Below, in pieces: positions 36,159-47,200 of a stretch of DNA of 64,000 bases (positions within the stretch are counted from its first letter, which is position 1; each line of letters opens with the position of its first letter). This DNA is from a virus, in the IMG/VR virus record IMGVR_UViG_3300032053_000039, positions 13,436 through 77,435 of that record. The stretch is one strand, 5' to 3'. Both the position numbers and the translations under genes were made by a program. The notes under the pieces are model-generated. The model saw only the letters and a program-made list of their open reading frames with translations, ran no database searches and was not told the origin of the DNA.

Positions 36159-37342
36159 GAATAAATCCTCTCACCTTCTTGTGTTACTAAATAGTCTACC
36201 TCCGTTCCACACACAGAACAGAATCTTAAATCATCATGAAGTTGTGTTTTATGACCACATTTACAAACATATACATAATTATCTTCAACAGGTTCTAAAT
36301 GAGATGTGTCTTCAGGTACATTTCTTAGCAGGGCCTCTAGAAAATACTTAGGGGTTATCTTTCTTGAACAGATTCCAAGTGCAATGCTTCCTTCGATGGT
36401 TTCTATAGCTTCAAGTACTTTACTCAAAGTGAATCTATTTATCCAAGTTTCTAAAGATTCTAATCGAATAATATTTTTTTCAATTTTAGATTGTTTCCCG
36501 TACACCTCTATCCGTTGTAAAATATTAATTATCCTGTTGCTATTCTTAATTAAATCATTATAATATATAGGTATACATCCATTGTTTTTATCTATTAAAA
36601 ATTGAATAAGTCCCGCCGAGGTCAATTCTTTTAAACTTTCCTGAGTCCTTTCTTCTCTTAACTCTTCTAAGGAGTTCTCTTTCTCCCCCTCTTCTCTTTT
36701 AGGAATTCCTAAAGAGTTATCTTCCTGATGTTTTTTTTCTTCCCCAAAAAAAAGATCTGTAGTAATCTCTGTAGTATTCTCTGTAGTAATCTTTGTATAT
36801 GTATTACAGATTTCCGTAGGAGGGTCATACGGATTTCCGTATGAGGGTGGTACAGATTCTCGTAGGGGGGTGGTACGGATTTTTGTATGACCCCCCTTTT
36901 CGATATGATTATAAGTTATTTCAGTTATTCTTTCAACATTAGGTTCTACAAACATTACATTATAGAGCATTGTGTTTTTTACAAGTACTTGTCTAAATTC
37001 TACAGAAATAAGATTTAAACGTACTAATGTCTCAAATGAATCACGGACTTGCCTTTTGCTAGATCCAGTTAATTCAGCGTAATCACTATAGCTTTTCTGA
37101 AGTTTATCAGAATTGAATTTTTTTGATATTGATGCGATATCATCGGTTTGAGGATCTCTTGTGGTTGTAGGAGTATACCAATATCTAATATTGGCTAGTA
37201 TATACGCAGCTAAGAAATCAGTAACTTTTTTTCCTTTAGTTGTTGTATATGTAATTGCTTTTAACCAAGAAGGAGGTAGAATATCACCGGATATATTTAA
37301 TTTTCCAATAGCATCTACAGTAGGTGTTGTATTTTTTATCAT
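36155..37342 (-). CDS. Phage replication initiator (lambda O/DnaD-like architecture) with internal iterons
   Basis: N-terminal winged helix (ILANIRYWY...LQKSYSDYAE), linker with iterons, TKITTENTTEITT signature, C-terminal helical domain plus zinc ribbon. Confidence 0.8.
   Translation of the reverse strand: MIKNTTPTVDAIGKLNISGDILPPSWLKAITYTTTKGKKVTDFLAAYILANIRYWYTPTTTRDPQTDDIASISKKFNSDKLQKSYSDYAELTGSSKRQVRDSFETLVRLNLISVEFRQVLVKNTMLYNVMFVEPNVERITEITYNHIEKGGHTKIRTTPLRESVPPSYGNPYDPPTEICNTYTKITTENTTEITTDLFFGEEKKHQEDNSLGIPKREEGEKENSLEELREERTQESLKELTSAGLIQFLIDKNNGCIPIYYNDLIKNSNRIINILQRIEVYGKQSKIEKNIIRLESLETWINRFTLSKVLEAIETIEGSIALGICSRKITPKYFLEALLRNVPEDTSHLEPVEDNYVYVCKCGHKTQLHDDLRFCSVCGTEVDYLVTQEGERIYS
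36805..36896. repeat. Four 23-bp direct repeats (iterons); putative origin of replication
   Basis: Copies start at 36805, 36828, 36851 and 36874; core TAC(A/G)GATT(T/C)(C/T)(C/T)GTA is palindromic (TACGGA-TT-TCCGTA). Confidence 0.8.
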
Positions 37343-37533
37343 GAGTTCCTCTCGAGTTCATATGTTATATTTTTTATTTTTTCAGGGTTTGGTTTAACAA
37401 ACATCACATTATAGAGTACTCCTCCTTTAATTTTTATATTTTTAAATTCTAATTTTACAATATCTAGAGATTCTAACGTATTAAATGATTCTCGAATTTG
37501 CTTTTTACTGAAATTTAATAATGAGGACAGGAT
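37339..37533 (-). other. Truncated paralog of the initiator winged-helix region (leader ORF or pseudogene; no canonical start near the 5' end)
   Basis: ILSSLLNFSKKQIRESFNTLESLDIVKLEFKNIKIKGGVLYNVMFVKPNPEKIKNITYELERNS* aligns to the initiator's SKRQVRDSFETL...LYNVMFVEPNVERITEITY; ATGA overlap with the initiator start. Confidence 0.7.
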
Positions 37534-37538
37534 AAAAT

Positions 37539-37634
37539 AAAAAACCTCCAGAAAGTACCACCTGTTTCCAGGTTCTGCTCGGTATTTCTGAAGGTTGAGG
37601 GCTATTACACCCTTAGATATGAGCAGAAAAACCT
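37539..37634 (-). ncRNA. Putative c4/CI-like antisense-attenuator RNA upstream of the initiator
   Basis: Stem AACCTTCAGAAATACC/GGTACTTTCTGGAGGTT enclosing GAGCAGA and ACCTG-GAAA-CAGGT, followed by a U tract; upstream complementary TTCTGCTC. Confidence 0.55.
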
Positions 37635-37985
37635 AAGAGTACAATAACGATATTACAAATTGTGAAATTTTATGTTTCTTATTCTTAAATACTAAAATAA
37701 GAGCTGTTTCGTCGGAATATTATAGATAGAGCGGTTTTAATTTTGGGTTCGATTCTGTTTTAGTCATTATTTAATCTAATATGGTTCATCTATCTATGTT
37801 TTATATAGCAGGACGCTATTTTATAATAAATATCTGTCAATAGAATTTTTTTAAGTCCCCTGAAAAATATTCAGGAATGAACTTAAACTTACCTTTTCAG
37901 GTTAAAATTTTAATCAAATTTCATATAATTATATTAAACGCAATTATACATTTAATCAACATTTAATAAATACGAGGTTCTTATC

Positions 37986-38954
37986 ATGGCAGAAGTAGTG
38001 AAAATAAATTCTAAAAAGGGTCTGGTTTCACTTACCCAGAAAGATATAGCCGAAAACGACTTGGCTTCCTGGTTGAGAACAAACTCTAAAGGTTTCGGTC
38101 ATTATTCTTTTATTAATCAACAACCCTTTGAAAGGGTAGCAGCAAAACTTTTTGTGGATAAATATCCTTCTACACATGTGAAGATAGCAGAAAGTATTGT
38201 ATGTACAAAAGAAGGAGGTGTTGATGTATTTCTTAAAATCACAGATGATCAATCTCGAGGATTTTATAACACTCATCCCACAAAGCTTGTATTCAATAAA
38301 GGAAAACAAACCGTTATTGATGATATCACAAAACATGGATCAGAAGAAGGAGTTTTGGATGTTATAGAGGATGATGACTTGAAAGAAGACTTCGAAGATA
38401 ATTCTTCTGATTATGAAGAATCTGCGGATGAGGAATTCTATGGTGAGATTGAAAATTTTCTTAGTGAAATAAAAAGTCTTTCTGAAGAAGATCTTATTAA
38501 AAAAGTATCTCCAGAAGAACTTGAAGAGATAAGTAAAATGTTAGATCTTGATAATAAATCAGAATACGAAGAAGACGAAGATTCTGAAAAGGAAGATTTG
38601 AAGGATGAAGATTTGGATGATATAGATATTGATTTAGAAGAAGAGGGAGACGAGAAAGAAGATGAAGAGGAAGAAGACGATTATGAGTATGAGGACGAAG
38701 AGGAGATTGGTGAGGATGAAAACGAGAAGGAAGATGATGATAATGACAACAATGATATCGAATTTGAGGAAGGCTTTATCGAATCTAAAGGGGATGATGG
38801 GATTCTTAAAGAAGTTAATCTCGAGGATTTCTCTGAAGATAAAGGGCCTGAAATAATTGAGATAGAAGGAAAGATTCCAGAAGAAAAAGGATCAATCGAA
38901 AAAGTTCCCTCTGATAAAATTCTCAGAGATTTAATAAAAGAAATTTTGGGGTAA
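37986..38954 (+). CDS. Highly acidic hypothetical virion-associated protein
   Basis: D/E-rich C-terminal half; first gene of the plus-strand head module. Confidence 0.65.
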   Translation: MAEVVKINSKKGLVSLTQKDIAENDLASWLRTNSKGFGHYSFINQQPFERVAAKLFVDKYPSTHVKIAESIVCTKEGGVDVFLKITDDQSRGFYNTHPTKLVFNKGKQTVIDDITKHGSEEGVLDVIEDDDLKEDFEDNSSDYEESADEEFYGEIENFLSEIKSLSEEDLIKKVSPEELEEISKMLDLDNKSEYEEDEDSEKEDLKDEDLDDIDIDLEEEGDEKEDEEEEDDYEYEDEEEIGEDENEKEDDDNDNNDIEFEEGFIESKGDDGILKEVNLEDFSEDKGPEIIEIEGKIPEEKGSIEKVPSDKILRDLIKEILG

Positions 38955-38958
38955 TATT

Positions 38959-40380
38959 ATGAATTCTAGGAATGTATTTTCTGAAGTGCAGAATTATTTT
39001 AATGATAATGGATTTTTATCGTATTTTCTTGATTTTGTTGAAGGTTCCTTTCCTAAAGCTTTGAGTTCTTTTAATACAGCTTTTCCTGATATGGGTTCTG
39101 AATCAAATATAAAAGCAGGGTTAACTTTATTCTACTATCTTTATTTTAAATCCCCTGAAGTTTTAAATAAATTACTGGATTTGGATCCAGCCGAGTTTGA
39201 AAAAAGAAAAGAATATTACAATAAGCACTATGGAAGATATTTTAATTATTTTAATAGAGAGTATGGTTCTACTTTAAATCACTCAATATTTTCTAAAATA
39301 AAAAAGATTTTAGCAACATTGAGAAATCATTGGGAAAAAAAAGTTAAAGGAGCTAGTTCTAAATATACAGACACATCTTCCCTTGAAGAAAAAGAAAATA
39401 GATTAAATATGGAACAAGAACTCGGAGCTAATGCCTACAGAGAGTTTTTTTCTAGTTCATTACTTCCTGTAAATAAAAAAGAAGAGACTGATGAATACTT
39501 TGAAGATCAATTGGGAAATAGTCTTAATATAGGGGATGCTTTTTATATTCCTAAAATAAAATATGCTAACTTAGAGTATATAAAGAAGACTGCGATATTT
39601 GATAAATTCTTTAAACAAGATGATCCTAAAAAAACAGTAGAAGAATTATCAGAAGATGCTGCTGAGCGAGGTCGTCAGGTTTGGGAAGGATATGAATTTC
39701 CAAATCAAGAACAAAAAAGTCAGAAAGAAACCCCTAAGGCTGTGGAACCTACAAAGGATTTAAAAATTCCTTATCCTTCTCCTTCCTCTAAAAAAGAAGA
39801 ACCTGAGGATGCAGAAAAGAAAAAATACTTAGAAACTCAGAGTAAAGAACAAGATTATTTAAAACACAATGTTTTTAAAATAATTAAAAAATTTATGAGA
39901 AGAGATCCTTTTGGGGATGAGATTGTCTCTTGGGTAGAAGGTATTAATTTTGATCCAGAAACAGGAAAGGAAAACTACTCTTATAAAATGAAAATTCCTA
40001 CTTATCTTGTTTCTTCCTACAAAGCAGAATTTCCAACAGAGAAAAAAGATAATAAAAAAATGGAAGAAAAACCAAGATACCTTATTCCTCCGAGATCTGC
40101 TTCTGAAGACATTGACGAAGAAATTTTTATTCATGAAGCTATCTATGCAGCTCTTCTTAATATTAAAGAGGCTGCAGAAGGAGAATTAACACCATCACAA
40201 GCTGTTAGTGAAGGTAAGAAAGAATTTTACGATACTAAGAAAGATAAAAAAGTAATTGTTACTCCTCAAAGTGGTGTTATTACAGTAACTCCTGAAGGGA
40301 GTGGACCGGAAGAGGAAGATGTTTATAAGTCGGATAGTATTGACGCAATAGAAAAAGAAGGGATAAAACCAATTATTTGA
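38959..40380 (+). CDS. hypothetical (putative internal head) protein
   Basis: Context; K-x-A motifs. Confidence 0.6.
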   Translation: MNSRNVFSEVQNYFNDNGFLSYFLDFVEGSFPKALSSFNTAFPDMGSESNIKAGLTLFYYLYFKSPEVLNKLLDLDPAEFEKRKEYYNKHYGRYFNYFNREYGSTLNHSIFSKIKKILATLRNHWEKKVKGASSKYTDTSSLEEKENRLNMEQELGANAYREFFSSSLLPVNKKEETDEYFEDQLGNSLNIGDAFYIPKIKYANLEYIKKTAIFDKFFKQDDPKKTVEELSEDAAERGRQVWEGYEFPNQEQKSQKETPKAVEPTKDLKIPYPSPSSKKEEPEDAEKKKYLETQSKEQDYLKHNVFKIIKKFMRRDPFGDEIVSWVEGINFDPETGKENYSYKMKIPTYLVSSYKAEFPTEKKDNKKMEEKPRYLIPPRSASEDIDEEIFIHEAIYAALLNIKEAAEGELTPSQAVSEGKKEFYDTKKDKKVIVTPQSGVITVTPEGSGPEEEDVYKSDSIDAIEKEGIKPII

Positions 40381-40396
40381 TAGTAGGAGATTAGAA

Positions 40397-43300
40397 ATGT
40401 CTCAAATAGATCTTTCCATGTTTGATAGAGAAGAAGATTTGTCTCTTCTTTTAGATGTTCTTAAAGAAGAATATTTTTTTTATAAGATAAGAAATGCTTC
40501 TAATAAAATAGGAAAAATTCCTCAAGAGGAATTTGATTCTATAGTTAATGTTATTGCTGAAGAATTTATAAAATTCGCTGCTGAAGAAGACGAAGGCACA
40601 GATAAAAAAGGTGAATACTCTTTTTCTTTGTCAGGTTATGATATAAATACCTGGATGGATTATTGGTTTGGAATTTCTGAAAAAGGAACATCTCTTAAAG
40701 ATAATGGTGTTTTCTTTTCTACAAGTGAAGAGAGAATAAATAATCTTAGAAACCGGATAGATACTCTTTCAAAAAGATTTGGATATGAAGTTTCTTCTAC
40801 AAAAGAACAAAAACCCGTACGGGTTTATGGGAAACAATCTAGAAAGACACCTCCAGATATACAAGTAGACTCTCCTAAATTTGAAATAAGTGGGGATCCT
40901 TTTGAAGGCATTAATGATTTTGCAAGGGATGTTAATACTCTTGCATCCAGTTCTGATAAAAAATATTTATCTGAGTTTGTAAAGAAATACAAGGATATTG
41001 TTTATAAACAATTTAAAGCAGAGCCTTCTAAACTATTTGGGAAAATTCCTGCTGAAGGAAGAAAATCTTATAAAACAGAATTAGTAGGATTACTAAAAGA
41101 TAATATTGAAAAACTACAAAGTGAATTATATTCTCCGGAAGGAGTTTCTGGAAAGAATGTAGGTTTTATGTCTTTAACGACAGAGCCTGCAGAAGGCCAA
41201 GGTGTTTCAGGACGTTCTGTTGAGAAAGAAACTAAGATTGATCTTAATAAAGCAGAAGTAGAAAGATTAGATAGGAACATAGAAATTCTTTATAACGGAT
41301 TGAATGCGTTGATAGAAGATCAAAAATCTCTTATTCAAGAAAATCAAACATTAAACGAAGCTATAAAGAATAATGAAATCGATCCTAAATATGACGTTCA
41401 GACAAAACTTCAAAGTATTCAATCAAATCTAGATAATACCTCTAAACAAATTAATAGCAAGAAAGAGGAAATCAGCAAAGCTCAAAGTAATAAAGAAAAA
41501 ATAATTAGTTATAGAACTAAGAACTTGGAGCATGCTACAGGAGATATTTTATCAACAGAAGAACTTATAGAAAGATACGAAAGCATTCTTAAAAAATTAA
41601 TATCGACTGGAAATGATATAACTAAAGAAGATCTTAATGATCCTGAGGTATACAGTTATATTCTTAGAAGATTAGGTCAAATGGATAAGGATGTTTTTGA
41701 AGAATCTCTATTCCCTAAAGAAATGGATAATACTTTTAGTAAATACATTGATGATCTTTCTAGGGGAAATATTGAGAGTATTCCTGATGATTATTTTGAA
41801 AACTTAAAAAATAAAATAGAAGATATTGCTAAAAAAAGGGTGGAGTTTAAGGTAGCAGAGAGAGAATCGTCGAAAGCGATTATAGATAGAGTAATAACTG
41901 TTACTGAAGGGTTAATCTCTCACTATTTAGCATCAAAACAATATATTGAGGCAAAGAAAGAAGGTTTTATAAAAGAGTTAACTGAATTCAATTCAGCTGA
42001 GTCCGTAAAGAATAAGGCATTTAGTGATATGCATAATTCTTTTCAGGGAATAGATAAACTCATAAGATCGAGAGAAAGTGGATATACATCCATATATGAC
42101 AAATTTTATAAAGATGCAGAAAGAAATTTAAATGGGCTTTCTTCTGAGTATAACAGACTAGTAAGAGCTATACCTAAAGATTTCCCTCAAGAGATTGTTA
42201 AGCCGTTTAAGGATAATAATAAAAAGATTACTTTAGCTGTAGAAGATGTTATGAATTTTTATAACAGTTATACTCCTGCTGGTGAGGATGAACAAGGAGA
42301 TATATCTGACAAAGATTTGGACTTCTACAGACGTTTAAATTATAAGAACAGACAAGCAGTAAATATTATTGAAGAATCAAAGAATTTGCTAGATGTAATG
42401 GAAAAGACTTCAGAAGGGTTAACTAAGGATTATAGAAATGTTTTAAATATTGTTTTAAGATATATAAAAACTGCTCCTACTGAGGCATTTACTGTTAAAA
42501 ATAAAAATGATCTTTCTACAAAGAAAGAAGGAGTAGAAATGATGATGACTGCCCTTAAAAATATGAAGGGCAATAAACAATTTACAGTAAACTCTTTTAT
42601 TTCTATGCTCAATTTATTTGATAGTATTGGAGAGTATAAAGGGATAATAAATACTCAAAGTCTTATAGACATAGCAAATGCTAAGAGAAAAAGAATAGAT
42701 GATATTTCGGGAGATATAGAAAAATCAATAAATCCCTTAAGTCAAATAATGAATATTTTCTTTAAGAAAGACACTCTTGTAAATATGAATAATACTTTAA
42801 ATACCTCTGTTCAAGATGATGTAAAAAATCTTATAGGGGATAAATCAAATTTTTCTTATTCACAAGAGAGCATACAGAATTTTATTTTATCAGAGTTTTC
42901 TAGTAAGTATAAACTTACTCCAAAAATTATTGAAGATATTCATAATGTTCTACATTTTGATCCTGTATATTCAGAGTCTATTCAGAATATGTCTGGTGTT
43001 GGATTTGATACTTATACCAAAGTACCTCGAAGTCAGATTCCTTCTTCTGAGTGGAATTCTTTATATATACTTAATGATTGGAAATCTTTAGTGAATCAAT
43101 GTATGAGATCTTTAAAGTCTTGTAAGTCTACGGCTGCGGGAACATTTAATCCTGCTCATGCAGAATATGCTCCTCAAATAGATTATTCTAAAAAGATGGA
43201 AGAATCTAAAAAAACAGATTACATTGCACATCCAGGAAAAAGTACTGAAAAATCAGAGGATATTTCCAAACTGAGAAGATTTGGAGGAGTAACAGGGACA

Positions 43301-44107
43301 AGTTCTCTTGCTTTAACATTTTCTGAAAAAACAAGAGATCATCAAAGGCAGCAACTGGTTGATAACTTTGTATTTCTTATGGATGAGTTTGAGAACTATC
43401 TTCGTAAAGAGAAGACAGATTTTCCTAAAACAGAGAAATATAAAGATAACCTTTATGTAAACTTATTAAACAATGCAGAGGAAGTATTTAGGAGTCTTAA
43501 ATCTTCTAAAGATCTTAACTTAGGAACTATTGTTGGAAATAAAAATAAATTATTCGATGCAATAGAAAAAGCAAACACTGCTATCTTAGAAAGAAAAGGT
43601 AAAGATTATAAGATAATATCGATGGACGATGTTTCTGAATTGTATAAAGCTGCGGAACTTGTAAATTTTGCAGATAAGACTCGTCCCGATAATAAAATAG
43701 TTTTTAAATATTTGTATTCTCCGGAAAGTCTTACAGAGGATGAAAGAAAGAAATCTAAAGAGATTATTTCTTTTATGACGAATTATTTAGATACTGCACA
43801 AAAATCAACTTATAAGCCTTCAAAGCCTGCTAAACTTGAGACGGAAGAGAGATACTTTTCAAATAATCCTAATATACCTGTAGAACTTACGGCTCCAGAT
43901 GCATATGGATGGCCAGGAATATCTATTGTTCGTATTCCTCAGGATTCTAAGTTACGAGAGAAAAAACGTATTCCTGGAAGTGTTAATTTCATAGTTACAA
44001 AACCAACATCTATGACTGACACAGAGGTAAAGTCTCTTCCTAGAGAGATTCAAGAGAAGTATAAGCAAATGGTAGATATACTAGGTCATACATATGTTCC
44101 TAAGTAA
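40397..44107 (+). CDS. Large hypothetical (putative internal head) protein
   Basis: 1236 aa, helical/coiled-coil, upstream of the portal. Confidence 0.65.
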   Translation: MSQIDLSMFDREEDLSLLLDVLKEEYFFYKIRNASNKIGKIPQEEFDSIVNVIAEEFIKFAAEEDEGTDKKGEYSFSLSGYDINTWMDYWFGISEKGTSLKDNGVFFSTSEERINNLRNRIDTLSKRFGYEVSSTKEQKPVRVYGKQSRKTPPDIQVDSPKFEISGDPFEGINDFARDVNTLASSSDKKYLSEFVKKYKDIVYKQFKAEPSKLFGKIPAEGRKSYKTELVGLLKDNIEKLQSELYSPEGVSGKNVGFMSLTTEPAEGQGVSGRSVEKETKIDLNKAEVERLDRNIEILYNGLNALIEDQKSLIQENQTLNEAIKNNEIDPKYDVQTKLQSIQSNLDNTSKQINSKKEEISKAQSNKEKIISYRTKNLEHATGDILSTEELIERYESILKKLISTGNDITKEDLNDPEVYSYILRRLGQMDKDVFEESLFPKEMDNTFSKYIDDLSRGNIESIPDDYFENLKNKIEDIAKKRVEFKVAERESSKAIIDRVITVTEGLISHYLASKQYIEAKKEGFIKELTEFNSAESVKNKAFSDMHNSFQGIDKLIRSRESGYTSIYDKFYKDAERNLNGLSSEYNRLVRAIPKDFPQEIVKPFKDNNKKITLAVEDVMNFYNSYTPAGEDEQGDISDKDLDFYRRLNYKNRQAVNIIEESKNLLDVMEKTSEGLTKDYRNVLNIVLRYIKTAPTEAFTVKNKNDLSTKKEGVEMMMTALKNMKGNKQFTVNSFISMLNLFDSIGEYKGIINTQSLIDIANAKRKRIDDISGDIEKSINPLSQIMNIFFKKDTLVNMNNTLNTSVQDDVKNLIGDKSNFSYSQESIQNFILSEFSSKYKLTPKIIEDIHNVLHFDPVYSESIQNMSGVGFDTYTKVPRSQIPSSEWNSLYILNDWKSLVNQCMRSLKSCKSTAAGTFNPAHAEYAPQIDYSKKMEESKKTDYIAHPGKSTEKSEDISKLRRFGGVTGTSSLALTFSEKTRDHQRQQLVDNFVFLMDEFENYLRKEKTDFPKTEKYKDNLYVNLLNNAEEVFRSLKSSKDLNLGTIVGNKNKLFDAIEKANTAILERKGKDYKIISMDDVSELYKAAELVNFADKTRPDNKIVFKYLYSPESLTEDERKKSKEIISFMTNYLDTAQKSTYKPSKPAKLETEERYFSNNPNIPVELTAPDAYGWPGISIVRIPQDSKLREKKRIPGSVNFIVTKPTSMTDTEVKSLPREIQEKYKQMVDILGHTYVPK

Positions 44108-44221
44108 TCTAAAAAATAAATAGTGAGTATAAAATCCCGCTCGGCTGTGAAAAGTAGTATCAATATATAGAAAGGGTAAATAATAATATTATTTATCTTA
44201 ACATAATGGGGAGGATAACCC

Positions 44222-47200
44222 GTGGCAGATGAACTAAAAAATGAAAATAGTCCTATTTCAGGTTATCGAGATAATTTTGATATAATTCTACCAAGAGATG
44301 TTCATTCTGCAGCAGTACAAGATGATCGTGGAGATAAGCAGAGTACTTCTTCTTATACAGGAACAGTAAACACTTCTTCTTTTATGGGAATGCAGTCATC
44401 TGCTAATATACTGAGAAATCCTACTCGTAGATTTTATGATCCTGAAATTACTACTACAGCTATCTATCTTCCCAAAGATATAAAAAGGAATAATAGATGG
44501 TGTCGATGGTTTTATGACCATGATGAAATGATTGGAGCTATTTTGGATGTTCATGCAGAACTTCCTTATTCTAGAGCAAAGTTACGAGTAGATGATCCTG
44601 TTATTCAAAGAGCTATTGATGAGTGCCTTGATAAAACAAATTTCTTTTCAATGCTTCCTTTGATTGATCTTGAATATATGAAAGTTGGAGAAGTCTTTAT
44701 TTATACAAACTGGAGTGATTCTCTAGGAATGTGGGATAGTATTGTAATTCACAATCCTGACTTTATTGAAGTTAAATATTCACCTTTTGCTGATAGAGAT
44801 CCCGTATTAGAATTAACTCCAGACGAAGAACTTAGATCTTTGGTTCATTCAAGAAGACCTGAAGACCAACAACTTAAAAAACGTCTTCCTCAGGATATTG
44901 TGAAAAGAGTACTTACGGGTAGAAATATCATGCTCAGCCCCAGTTGTACCACGCACATAGCTCGGAGAAGTAACCCTTATGATCTACGAGGTACTTCTAT
45001 ACTGCGCAGATTGTTCAGATTGCTCCAATATGAGGACAAACTTAGGGAAGCGCAGATTACGATTGCTGATAACTTTATTTACCCGCTGAAGATATTTAAA
45101 CTTGGTGATGAAAATAAAGGATGGATACCGAATGCAAACCATCAGAAGGCTTTGGCTCAGATGCTTCAGCAGGCAAACTTTGACCCAAATTTTAGTTTGA
45201 TATATCATTATGGTCTCAAAGTTGATATAATAACTGTAGCTGATAAGCTTATGAAAATGGATACTGAGTGGACCGAGATAAATAAAAAGAAATGCATGGC
45301 TCTTGGAATCAGTGAAGATTTTTTGATGAAAGGTGAGAATTACGCTTGTTTTACTGAAGGAACACAAGTAACAACACCGGATGGTAAAAATAATATAGAG
45401 AACATTTCTAAAGATACTTTCGTTATTGATAAAAATGGAACTTCACAGAAGGTACTTGATAATTGGTGTGAAGGAGTACCTGAAACTTTAGTTAATATTA
45501 AATTATGGGGTGGAAAAGAATTTCAATGCACTTCTAATCACAAATGGCCGATATGGGCATGGCCTAGGAACTGTGCTTGTGGTTGCGGGAAAGAAATTAA
45601 GACTGGAAAGATGTATGCTCACTCTGGAGCTCGTATTGGAGGAAGAACTGAAAATAAAGTTATTTTTAATAAAGTATCTTTTGTAAAATGTTTTGGCCAC
45701 ACGACAGTAGCAGGACTTCCTGAAGGATATGATCCTAATATTACTCTTCAAGCATCTGAAATTAAAAAATATGATTATTTGATGATTCCCCGAAAGTTTT
45801 CTGAAATTAAGACAAACACATCCAGGGAGCAAGCACGATTGTTAGGATACTTCTTGGCTGAGGGTAACTATTCAAAACATCATACGACAAAGGAATTAAC
45901 TGGGATTAATTTAACTTTTAATGTTAAAGAAAAAGATACCTTAGTGAAAGATGCTTTAGACCTTTGTAAAAAGATTGGATTGCCTATTGTTCAAATTGAA
46001 GAAAACAATAAAAAGAATACAATACGTTTACGTTCTGCAAATAGATTAGAATTCAAAGATCTTATTATATGGTTTAAGAAAAGTGCTGGGGAATACTCTT
46101 ATGGTAAGAAATTATCTGAAGATATTATGAGATGGCCCCTTTTCTTAAAGGAAGAATTAATTAAGGGAATATTTAGAGGGGATGGTAGTCAGACATCCAA
46201 AGTAGTTATGTATACTACAACATCTGAAGTTTTGGCGTATCAAGTGGAACTTATACTAGCACAGTTAGGATTTATTGCTAATTGGACAATACAGAATAAC
46301 AGGATAAGAAATTTAACTAGTGTTTATAAAAGGAGAACAACCTATCGATTAGATTTTCATGGTAAATTTGCACTTGATCTGGCTAACTTGGTTTGGGGAG
46401 AAGATTCAAAAGTGCTAGATGAAACAGAGAAAAAGTTTCAATGTCAAAAAGCGTGGGTTGATGATAATTATGTATACGTTATGGTTAAATCGGTTGAAGT
46501 AGTAAAAAATACCAAGAAAGTCTATAATCTTACTGTAGAGAATTCTCATAGTTACTTAGTACATAATATAGGAACATTTAATTCTGCCAATGTTGGATTA
46601 CAAATGGCACTGGCACGATATAAAGCAAAAAGGGATCTTTTTGAAATAAAATTTTTACGAGATAAATTTTTAAGAGTAATGGCTGAGAAGAATGGATGGT
46701 ATCAGAGGGATGCCAGGGAAATAGTAGGTCAGTATCGAGTAACAAGAAAAGGAGAAGAACTTAACAAAAGACTTATTCTACCTCAGATAATATGGGATAA
46801 GAAATTAGTTCTACGAGATGATCAGCAATATCTTACCTTTTTAAATAATGTTTATTCTAATGGAAAAGGTCCCGTATCTGTATTAACAATGTTGACAGCA
46901 ATGGGACTTACTTTAGAGGAAGAATTATCGAATAAAGAAAAGCAGAGAGAGCTGGAAGAAAAATTTGGAGTAAAATCGATTGCGCCTTTACCTGGAGGGC
47001 AAGGAGCTCCATTAGGAGCAATGGCTTCAAAAATAATGGATAGATTAAAGTTCGGTAAGAAGAAAGAAGCTCGTATGGATGAACCGCCCACATTAAAACC
47101 AGATGGAGATTTTGTTACACTGGATAATATAAAAGAATACGGAACTTATACTCAGGAAGATGAAAATAATTATGCAGTAGAAATATCAAAAGATTTAATA

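Noticed and set aside
36805-36896. Possible CRISPR mini-array
   Set aside because: The 23-bp period leaves no spacers; it lies in frame within the initiator gene and no cas genes are present; iterons fit better
37722-37797. GGGTTCGATTC (T-loop-like) inside a 9-bp inverted repeat
   Set aside because: No acceptor, anticodon or T stems can be built; not a tRNA
44130-44180. GC-richer patch upstream of the portal gene as a riboswitch or ncRNA
   Set aside because: Only weak pairing and no recognisable motif
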